Shown: positions 56,683-64,000 of the stretch, in pieces
Layout: each line of letters opens with the position of its first letter
Position numbering within the stretch: the first letter of the stretch is position 1
Assembly (NCBI GenBank): GCA_965232515.1
Contig: CBDDPY010000002.1
Span: forward strand, 5,408,001-5,472,000
DNA length: 64,000 bases
Reading direction: 5' to 3'
DNA from: Alphaproteobacteria bacterium
Lineage (GTDB): Bacteria; Pseudomonadota; Alphaproteobacteria; GCA-2731375
Program-made: the position numbers and the translations under genes
The notes under the pieces: generated by a model
Database searches by the model: none
Told to the model about the DNA's origin: nothing
Seen by the model: only the letters and a program-made list of their open reading frames with translations

Positions 56683-58410
56683 CTATTCCGCTGCCGCGGC
56701 GTAGGCGCTGGCCGCACCGCCATGACGCAGCAGCTGGCCGGAATGCGTCCCGGTCTCGGCGTCGTCCTTGATCGTGACCTGGCCGTTGACCAGCACGTAG
56801 CGATAACCCTTGGCGCGCTGGACCCGCCGCCATTCGCCGCCCGGCAGGTCGTGCACGACCTCGCGCGGCAGAATCTCCAGGTTCTCGTAGTCGTAAACAA
56901 CGATATCGGCCGGCGCGCCGCGCTTAATGACGCCGCGATTCTCGAAACCGGCGACCATGGCCGGCAGCGCGCTCAACCGCCAATGCGCCTCCTCCAGGCT
57001 CAGCATCTCGTGCTCGCGCACGATCTTGGTGATGGTCTCGGTCGGATAGCGGCCGGCGGTCAGGAACTTGGTATGCGCGCCGCCGTCGGAGACGCCGAAC
57101 AGCACATAGGGATCGTTGACGATCTCGCGCAGGTTATCGACCGACACGTTCGGCGGCGCCGCGAAGAACTCGGTCGCGAGACCGTCGGCGACGGCGATGT
57201 CCAGCATGGCGTCCACCGGATGCTTGCCCTGGGCTTCGGCCACCTGGCCGACGGTGTGGTCGCGGTAGGGTTCGGTTTCCGGGGTTCTTGGGCCGGTGAT
57301 GACAATGTCGGCGATCGGCCCGGTCACGGTCATCGGCACCTGGGTGCGGAGCGCCGGTCGCCGCTCGGGATCGGCCAGCTTCGCCAGCTTTTCCTCGATG
57401 GTGCCGACCGTGGCCTCGCGCCAGGCCGGCCGGTCGTCGTAGAGGTTCCAGTCCTCGAAGGTGAAGTCGAAGCCGGCATCCGTGGTCAGGCCCTGGCCAT
57501 AGACGCGGATGCCGCGCCGGCGGCACTCGGCCAGCCAGCGCAGCGCGCCGCGATGCACCTCCGGCTTGTGGTCGAAGGCCTGGACCACGTTCCAGATCAG
57601 AGGCCGGCCGCTGATCGTGGCGTATTCCTCCATGCGCGCCCGGTCGGCCTCGTAGCTGCCGGACGAGATGGTCATCTGCATGAAGCCCTCGTTACGGCGG
57701 CCCAGCACGGCGGCGAAGGCGCGGCAGGTCTCGTCGTGCATCACGTCGGTCGGCATCGGCGTGCCGTCATAGTCGAGCTGCACCGCCGACGGCCCCTCCG
57801 GCATCAGCCGCTGCGCCGACCAGCCGCAGGCCCCGGCGTCCAGCGCCTGCTCCAGCAGCCGGCACATCTCCGCCTCTTCCGCATCGGTCGGCTTGCGCCC
57901 GGCCTTGGCGTCCTCCAGCCCCAGCACCCAAACCAGCAGCGGCCCGACCGGCATGTAGGGCAGCAGGTTGATGCCCTTGGGCGTGCGCTCGACGCTGTCG
58001 AGGAACTCCGGGAAGCTGACCCAGTCCCACGGCATGCCGGCCTTCATGGAGGCCAGCGGGATGGCCTCGACCCGGGTCATCGACAGCATGGCGCGCTCGC
58101 GCATTTCCGGCGCTACCGGCGCGAAGCCGAAGCCGCAATTGCCGATCACGGCTGACGTAATGCCGTGCCAGCCCGAAATCGTGCAGTAGGGGTCCCAGAA
58201 CACCTGCGCGTCGTAGTGTGTGTGCAGGTCGACGAATCCGGGCGCGACATGCAGGCCGTCGGCCTCGATCACCTCCGCCGCCTGTTCGGCGGGCACGTGG
58301 CCGATCTCGGCGATGACGCCGTCCTTGATGGCGATGTCGGCGCGATAGCGCGGTATCCGGCTGCCGTCGAAGATGATGCCGTTCTTGATGACCGTGTCGA
58401 ATGCCGTCAT
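56683..58410 (-). CDS. N-acyl-D-amino-acid deacylase family amidohydrolase (paralog)
   Basis: PGFVDLHTHYDAQ, HGITS..IGNCGFGFAP, VEAIP, SDGGAH, ADIVVYD, DLPGGEWR. Confidence 0.88.
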   Translation of the reverse strand: MTAFDTVIKNGIIFDGSRIPRYRADIAIKDGVIAEIGHVPAEQAAEVIEADGLHVAPGFVDLHTHYDAQVFWDPYCTISGWHGITSAVIGNCGFGFAPVAPEMRERAMLSMTRVEAIPLASMKAGMPWDWVSFPEFLDSVERTPKGINLLPYMPVGPLLVWVLGLEDAKAGRKPTDAEEAEMCRLLEQALDAGACGWSAQRLMPEGPSAVQLDYDGTPMPTDVMHDETCRAFAAVLGRRNEGFMQMTISSGSYEADRARMEEYATISGRPLIWNVVQAFDHKPEVHRGALRWLAECRRRGIRVYGQGLTTDAGFDFTFEDWNLYDDRPAWREATVGTIEEKLAKLADPERRPALRTQVPMTVTGPIADIVITGPRTPETEPYRDHTVGQVAEAQGKHPVDAMLDIAVADGLATEFFAAPPNVSVDNLREIVNDPYVLFGVSDGGAHTKFLTAGRYPTETITKIVREHEMLSLEEAHWRLSALPAMVAGFENRGVIKRGAPADIVVYDYENLEILPREVVHDLPGGEWRRVQRAKGYRYVLVNGQVTIKDDAETGTHSGQLLRHGGAASAYAAAAE

Positions 58411-58459
58411 GCGCTGCCTCCCTCAATCGCCCCAGAATCACCGTTCACCGGCTGTTGGA

Positions 58460-58481
58460 TGTCAAGAAACGAACATTCGTT
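58460..58481 (-). promoter_or_regulatory. -35 element TTGACA with adjacent palindromic operator AACGAA-CA-TTCGTT
   Basis: TTGACA on the - strand at 58460-58465; palindrome 58468-58481; matches the site at 1988-2001. Confidence 0.55.
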
Positions 58482-58518
58482 AGGATAAGTCCCTTCGCGG
58501 CGCGGCGCCAGTGGCGGA

Positions 58519-58947
58519 TCAGCTTTCCAGCTCGACCACGTGCGGCTGCATCTTCTCACGGATGGCGTCCGGGATCGGTAGCGACTCCCGGCGGCGCAGG
58601 TCGAAATAGACCGAGACCACCTCCGACGTCGCGGCCAGCACGCCGGTTTCCGTATTGGTCATCCGGTGAAAGGCGGTCACCGACTTGGTGCCGATGCGGG
58701 TGATGGCGCTCTCGACCTTCACCAGGCTGCCGACCCGCTGCTCCTGCTTGTACTGGATGGTGTGCTGGGCATCGACCAGCGTCTCGCCCTGGTCGTCCAT
58801 GTCGTGAAAGCGGAAGCCGATTTCCGACAGGAAGTGAAAGCCCGCCTGATCGAACATGCCGACATAGTGCTGCACGTTCATATGTCCCAGATGATCGCAG
58901 TGCCAGGGATAAACGACACCGCGAAAACACTCCATCCAGCCACTCAT
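58519..58947 (-). CDS. Acyl-CoA thioesterase (single hotdog, 4HBT-like)
   Basis: VYPWHCDHLGHMNVQHY, IGTKS, FDLRRR.S.PIPD. Confidence 0.85.
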   Translation of the reverse strand: MSGWMECFRGVVYPWHCDHLGHMNVQHYVGMFDQAGFHFLSEIGFRFHDMDDQGETLVDAQHTIQYKQEQRVGSLVKVESAITRIGTKSVTAFHRMTNTETGVLAATSEVVSVYFDLRRRESLPIPDAIREKMQPHVVELES

Positions 58948-58994
58948 GTCGGGGTCCTTTTCAGTTCAATTGCTCGAAAGGGGGTGTGTGTTCA

Positions 58995-59930
58995 TCAATC
59001 CGCCGCCGCCTTCCGCGGGTCCGCCGGCGGCCACGGGATGATCAGCCCTTGCGCCCTCTCCCGCGCGACATCTGGTATCGGAAACGACTTCCGCTTCTCC
59101 AGATCCAGCATGCAGGAAACGATCTCGACGCGCGCGGCGAGACGGCCGGTCTCGGCGTTCTCGATCAGGTGCGCGAAGCGCATGGTCTTGGTACCAACCT
59201 CGACCAGGCCCGACGTCACCCGCACCAGCTCGCCTTCCTTGAGCTCGGCCAGAAAATGCGTGTCGTATTCCAGCCCGGCCGTGCCCCAATGGTTTCGCCG
59301 CGCGGTCTCGCCGATCAGGCCGATGCGGTTTTTCAGGTGGCCGATGGCGTTGGTCACGGCGTCGATATAGAAGCGCGCCGACATATGGCCGAACTCGTCG
59401 CACTGCCAGGGCATCACCGTGCCCAGATAGGTCTGGAACGGTTCGGCATATGTGGCGCCCGGCGGCAGGACGGACGGCTTGCCCGTCGATTGCGGCCGCG
59501 GCGTATCGCGGCGCGGCGTGATCATGCCTTCGATCCGCGCCCGCATGTCGTCAGGCCAGGGGAGGGCGCGGCGCGCGTTGAGATCGAAATGCACCGACGT
59601 GATCTCCATCGTCGCGGCCGCCTCGCCGGTGCCGTCGTTCGTCACCTCGGCGACGATCTCAACGGTCTTGTCGCCGACGGCCTGGAGTGCGGCCGATATC
59701 GACAGGATGTCGCCGGCGCGCAGCTCGCGCAGGTAACGCGTCAGGCTGCGCACCGCCACGAAGGTCCGGCCGGTCTCACGTGTGTAGCCCGGCGTCATGC
59801 CGAAGGCGGCGCGCAGATGGCCCATGCCTTCCGTCGCCTTGCCGGTATAGAACTGCACGTTCAGGTGGCCCATCTGGTCGCATTCCCAGGTCTGGGCCGC
59901 GCCGCGATAGATGTCGAGATAGCCGCTCAT
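58995..59930 (-). CDS. Acyl-CoA thioesterase (double hotdog)
   Basis: WECDQMGHLNVQFY and WQCDEFGHMSARFY halves; ATGA overlap with the crotonase gene. Confidence 0.85.
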   Translation of the reverse strand: MSGYLDIYRGAAQTWECDQMGHLNVQFYTGKATEGMGHLRAAFGMTPGYTRETGRTFVAVRSLTRYLRELRAGDILSISAALQAVGDKTVEIVAEVTNDGTGEAAATMEITSVHFDLNARRALPWPDDMRARIEGMITPRRDTPRPQSTGKPSVLPPGATYAEPFQTYLGTVMPWQCDEFGHMSARFYIDAVTNAIGHLKNRIGLIGETARRNHWGTAGLEYDTHFLAELKEGELVRVTSGLVEVGTKTMRFAHLIENAETGRLAARVEIVSCMLDLEKRKSFPIPDVARERAQGLIIPWPPADPRKAAAD

Positions 59931-60793
59931 GCGTTGCGGCCCGGCAACTCGTCGGGGTGCTCGGGAATCGGCGCGCCGCTGTCGCGTTCCTGCACGGCCT
60001 GGGGGAAGCCGACGTCCTCGGCCCGCTGCTTGAAGGCGAGGCCCGACGGATTGTGCCGGGTGATGCCGTCGAAGACGGTGGCCAGCATCTGGGTGTTGTG
60101 CAGGCCCATATTCTCCAGCGCCTGGTTGACCATCAGCTTCTGCATCATCGCCTGCGCCTTCGGTATCGCGGCGATGCGGTGCGCCAGCGCGTCGACCCGA
60201 GCGTCGAGCTCGGCCGCAGGCACGGCGTCGATCACCAGGCCGAGCCGTTTCGCCTCGGCGCCATCGATCAGGTCGCCCGTCAGCAGCATGCGCTTCGCGC
60301 CCTCGGCGCCCAGCCGGTAGATCCACATGGCCGTGGTCGGACAGCCCCAGACCCGGGCCGGCGGATAGCCGATCTTGGCGTCGTCGGCCATCACCACCAG
60401 GTCGCAGCAGAGCGCGATATCGCTGCCGCCGGCGACGGCATAGCCATGCACCTTGGCGACGGTCGGCTTGTAGGACCGCCACAGGCTCATGAATTTCTGC
60501 GTGTTCGCCATCATCAGCTTGTAGTCGGTCATCGGCTCCCAGGGCATGTCCTGGGTATAGGAATTCGGCCCCTCGGTCTCGGCGAAGACCTTCAGGTCGT
60601 AACCGGCGCAGAAGGCCCGGCCGGCGCCCGCCAGCACGATCACATGCACATCGTCGTCGTCGTTGGCGCGCGCAACGGCGGCCTCGAGGGCGTCGGGCAC
60701 GGCCATGTCGATGGCATTCAGCCGGTCCGGCCGGTTCAGCGTCAGGCGGGCGATGCGCCCGTCCTTCTCGTACAGGACCACCGGGTCCGTCAT
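59927..60793 (-). CDS. Crotonase/enoyl-CoA hydratase family protein
   Basis: LNRPDRLNAI, AFCAGYDL, GYAVAGGSDIAL, GYPPARVWG; GGAGG RBS. Confidence 0.9.
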   Translation of the reverse strand: MTDPVVLYEKDGRIARLTLNRPDRLNAIDMAVPDALEAAVARANDDDDVHVIVLAGAGRAFCAGYDLKVFAETEGPNSYTQDMPWEPMTDYKLMMANTQKFMSLWRSYKPTVAKVHGYAVAGGSDIALCCDLVVMADDAKIGYPPARVWGCPTTAMWIYRLGAEGAKRMLLTGDLIDGAEAKRLGLVIDAVPAAELDARVDALAHRIAAIPKAQAMMQKLMVNQALENMGLHNTQMLATVFDGITRHNPSGLAFKQRAEDVGFPQAVQERDSGAPIPEHPDELPGRNA

Positions 60794-60922
60794 GTTATCT
60801 GCCTCCTGTGCCGCGGGAGCCGCATTATAAGGCCACCGGCCGGGCCCGACATCGCCGACGCGCTTTATCACTCCATTAACCAAACTCCGGAATTCTCAAG
60901 CGACGAAAGGAGCGCGGCGGCG

Positions 60923-61906
60923 ATGAACGATCTCGAGGCCTTTGCGGGCGTCTTCGACGGCATGACGCCCTATTCCGGCATGGTTGAGCCCGGTTTCATC
61001 GTTACCGGCATGGGCCGGATGACGGATGCCCGCTTCCACACGATCTGGGGCGTCGATGCCGCCGAAGAGGGCGGCCAGGCGACGACCTTGCAATTCCCGA
61101 CCGCGACCGACGGCGAGGCCTGGTTCGAGGCGGTGAACTGGGTCGAGGCGGCGCGCGAGGCCCGTGGCGCCTATGTGATGGCGACGCTGGGCGCCTGTTA
61201 CGGCGGTCAGGCCGTCGACGCCTATCTGGCGCTGCAGGCGGTGAACCCGATGCCGGCGACGCTGGTCGCCGTCGACCCGGTGCCGGAGAACATCGCCATG
61301 ACGCGCCAACATTTCCGTGATAACGGCATCGATCCGGACGACCATTGGATCGTCGAAGCGGCTGTCAGCGACAGCAATCAGCCGGTGCTGTTCCCTGTCG
61401 GCGCGCCGGCTTCAGGCACCCAGAACTGCGTCTTCTACAACAGCCCTGCCGGCCGCGCGGCGCTGGCCCTCCGGCTGAAGGACGAAGACCAGGCCGGACA
61501 AGTCGGCTGCAATCTTCTGGCGACCAATGCGACCGGCGTGTCGGTCAATCTGGCGCCCGACCGCGAGGTGCCGTTCGAAGCCGAGCTCCAGTTCGTCAGC
61601 GCCGTCACGGTGGCCGATATGCTCGGGCCGTTCGACCGGGTGGATTTCGTTGAGGCCGACCTGCAGCAGTCCGAAACGATCGTGTTTCCGCCGGCCATCG
61701 AGGTGCTGAACCGCAAGGTGCGGCGGGTGCATCTCGGCACCCATCACCCCAAGGACCACCAGCAGCTCGAAGACATGTTCCGGCAGCATGGCTGGCAGAT
61801 CGTCTTCAGCTTCCTGCCGCATCACACCTACAAGACGCCGGCGGGCGAACTCAGCCTGAACGACGGCGTGCTGACCGCGCTCAATCCCGCTGTCGCCTAC
61901 GGCTGA
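60923..61906 (+). CDS. Hypothetical protein, divergent FkbM-like methyltransferase fold
   Basis: AAGGAG RBS; TLGACYG (motif I-like), AVDPVP, EAAVS, VDFVEADLQQSE, VHLGTH, DGVL..LNP. Confidence 0.6.
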   Translation: MNDLEAFAGVFDGMTPYSGMVEPGFIVTGMGRMTDARFHTIWGVDAAEEGGQATTLQFPTATDGEAWFEAVNWVEAAREARGAYVMATLGACYGGQAVDAYLALQAVNPMPATLVAVDPVPENIAMTRQHFRDNGIDPDDHWIVEAAVSDSNQPVLFPVGAPASGTQNCVFYNSPAGRAALALRLKDEDQAGQVGCNLLATNATGVSVNLAPDREVPFEAELQFVSAVTVADMLGPFDRVDFVEADLQQSETIVFPPAIEVLNRKVRRVHLGTHHPKDHQQLEDMFRQHGWQIVFSFLPHHTYKTPAGELSLNDGVLTALNPAVAYG

Positions 61907-61919
61907 TCCGCTCGGACGC

Positions 61920-63077
61920 TTACCAGCCCATCTGACGGGCGGCGAGGTCCTTCATGATCTCGATTGAGCCGCCGCCGATGCTCATGACCTTGGTTTCGCG
62001 GTAAATACGTTCGACCTTGCTGCCGCGCAGATAGCCGGCGCCGCCGAAGATCTGCATCGCCTCATTGGCGCAGAATTCCATGGTCGTCGTCGCCGCGTTC
62101 TTCAGCATGGCGATCTCGGGCACCGGGCTTTCGCCCCGGTCGACGCGCCAGCACAATACTTCCAGCCAGGCCTGAGTCGCATTCAGGCGCGTCGTCATGT
62201 CGACCAGCTTGTGCTTAATGACCTGGTTGTCGATCAGCGGCCGGCCGAATGTATGGCGCTCACGCGCGTAGTCCAGGGCCTCGTCGATGCAGAGGCGGGC
62301 GAAGCCGAGCGCGCCCGCGGCCAGGAAAATGCGCTCCGCGTTGAAGTTGACCATGATGCCGCGGAAGCCGTCATTCTCGGTCCCGATCAGGTCGTCGGCC
62401 GGCACCCGCGCATCCTCGAAATAGAGCGTCGCCGTATCGGACGCCCACCAGCCCATCTTCTTCAGCGGCGTGCGTTGGAAGCCGGGCGTATCGCGTTCGA
62501 TCAGCAGCAGTGAGATGCCGTCCTTGCCCGGGCCGCCGGTCCGCACCGCGACCGTGTAGTAGTCGGCGCGCATGCCCGACGTGATGAAGGTCTTCTGGCC
62601 GTTGACGACATAAACATCACCGTCGCGCCGGGCCGAGGTCTTCAGGTTGGCGACATCCGAACCGCCCGAGGGCTCGGTGATGGCCAGCGCCGAGATCTTC
62701 TCGCCCGCCAGGATCTGCGGCACGACACGGCGCTTCAGGGCATCGCTGCCCAGCGCGACGATCGGCGGCGTGCCGATCGAATGGCTCATCAGGCTCGCCG
62801 ACACCCCGCCGCAGCCGGCGCGGGCCAGCTCCTGCGCGATGATCACGAGGTAGAAGAGGTCGGCCTCGATGCCGCCCAAATCTTCCGGATAGCCGGCCGC
62901 CAGCATGCCGACCTCGGCCGCCCGGCGGTAAAGCTCGCGCGGGAATTCGCCGGCCTCGTCCCATTCATCGACAAATGGCGCGATCTCGGCCTCGACGAAA
63001 CGCCGCAGGCTGTCCCGAAAAGCCTCGTGCTCGGCCGTGTAGTAGGGACTGGCCTGCGCGTTTCGGCGCTCGGTCAT
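61920..63077 (-). CDS. Acyl-CoA dehydrogenase (AtuD/citronellyl-CoA DH-like)
   Basis: LAITEPSGGSDVA, KTFITSG.RAD, KMGWWASDTA, FGGAGY, IGGGS.EIM. Confidence 0.9.
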   Translation of the reverse strand: MTERRNAQASPYYTAEHEAFRDSLRRFVEAEIAPFVDEWDEAGEFPRELYRRAAEVGMLAAGYPEDLGGIEADLFYLVIIAQELARAGCGGVSASLMSHSIGTPPIVALGSDALKRRVVPQILAGEKISALAITEPSGGSDVANLKTSARRDGDVYVVNGQKTFITSGMRADYYTVAVRTGGPGKDGISLLLIERDTPGFQRTPLKKMGWWASDTATLYFEDARVPADDLIGTENDGFRGIMVNFNAERIFLAAGALGFARLCIDEALDYARERHTFGRPLIDNQVIKHKLVDMTTRLNATQAWLEVLCWRVDRGESPVPEIAMLKNAATTTMEFCANEAMQIFGGAGYLRGSKVERIYRETKVMSIGGGSIEIMKDLAARQMGW

Positions 63078-63078
63078 G

Positions 63079-64000
63079 TCAGGCCGTGCCCTCAGCCGCC
63101 TCGACCACGGCCAGAAGCTGCCGCGCGTCGACCTGCTGGTTGTCGGCGACGGCGATCTCGGCGACCGTACCGTCGGCCGGCGCCTTGATCTCGTGCTCCA
63201 TCTTCATGGCTTCCAGCACCACGACGATGTCGCCGCGCGCGACCGTCGCGCCGGCCGCGGCGTGGACCGCGACGATGCGGCCGGCCATGGGCGCCAGGAG
63301 CCGGCCGTCGCCGATGCCGGCCGCGCGCCCGCCCGCTGTCGCGGTCTGTTCGGCGAACCGCCACGTCTGGCCGCCGACATCGAGATGCAGAACCGCATCG
63401 TCGAACGCGACATGCGCCCACCGGCCGATGCCGTCCAGGCCGTAGCGCAGCCGGTTGTCATCGGTCGCTTGGATGTCGATTGCCATGTCGCGTTCGCCGA
63501 CGGTGAGGCGAAAGCGGTCGTTCATCTCGTGCTGCAGGATGCAGTTGGCCGTTTCGTCGCCGCACAGTAACGTCATCGTCGTCGGCGGCAGGGCCGAACT
63601 GCGCCAGGCATCGCCCTGCCGGGCGCTCCGTCGATAGAGCAGGATGGCGGCCAGTGCGATGGCCTCGTCCGTCGGCGTTTGCGCGGTCGGCGCGGCGTGC
63701 TGCTCGATGAAGGCGGTGGTGGCCGCGCCGCCAGCGAAGACTTCGTGCGACAGCACCTCGATCAGAAACGATTTGTTGCTGGCGACGCCCAGCAGGCCGG
63801 TTCGGTCGAGGGCGCGCAGCAGGCGCCGCCGGGCTTCCTCGCGGCTGGCGCCGTGGGCGATCACCTTGGCCAGCATGGGGTCGTAGAAGGGCGTCACGTC
63901 CTGCCCCTCCGCGATGCCGTGGTCGACCCGCAGGCCCGGCCCGTCGGCCGGCTGCCAGCCCACGATACGCCCGGTCTGCGGCAGGAAGCCGGCGGCCGGA
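63079..64000 (-). CDS. Acyl-CoA carboxylase alpha subunit (biotin carboxylase C-terminus + BCCP), 5' part outside the window
   Basis: RVDHG, FYDPMLAKVIAHG, APMAG, EAMKMEH biotinylation motif. Confidence 0.9.
   Translation of the reverse strand, partial: PAAGFLPQTGRIVGWQPADGPGLRVDHGIAEGQDVTPFYDPMLAKVIAHGASREEARRRLLRALDRTGLLGVASNKSFLIEVLSHEVFAGGAATTAFIEQHAAPTAQTPTDEAIALAAILLYRRSARQGDAWRSSALPPTTMTLLCGDETANCILQHEMNDRFRLTVGERDMAIDIQATDDNRLRYGLDGIGRWAHVAFDDAVLHLDVGGQTWRFAEQTATAGGRAAGIGDGRLLAPMAGRIVAVHAAAGATVARGDIVVVLEAMKMEHEIKAPADGTVAEIAVADNQQVDARQLLAVVEAAEGTA

Noticed and set aside
58443-58457. GTTC-N7-GTTG LexA-like site upstream of the deacylase
   Set aside because: Single mismatched site before a gene with no DNA-damage link; chance occurrence is plausible

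Overview
Gene-dense, high-GC (about two-thirds by eye) chromosomal segment of an alphaproteobacterium. The assignment rests on a PodJ-like gene, PleC/DivJ-type kinases, and CtrA-like and LiuR-like boxes. It holds about 55 CDSs: acyl-CoA/fatty-acid catabolism (LiuR-led aidB-like/fadH/thiolase/fadN/ACAD operon, crotonases, thioesterases, ACAD plus biotin carboxylase), bdhA plus patatin, ThDP enzymes, DNA repair (Lhr/PdeM/exonuclease/ATP-ligase split by an MFS gene; ada-alkA plus ogt), signalling genes and an orphan ParA + RHH pair. I saw no rRNA, tRNA, CRISPR, IS or prophage. The best finding is at 47555-48981: a sigma70-type promoter firing at the ATG of a 30-aa leader peptide with 9 Thr codons, alternative antiterminator/terminator hairpins, and a ~395-aa threonyl-tRNA synthetase lacking the N-terminal editing domains. 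This looks like an inducible, attenuator-controlled minimal ThrRS. Other signals are a palindromic operator shared by two promoters 56 kb apart, four CtrA-like boxes, a covarying REP doublet, a stand-alone S53-like prodomain, and a tandem-domain unknown protein in a ThDP cluster. All calls come from reading motifs by eye; no searches were run.
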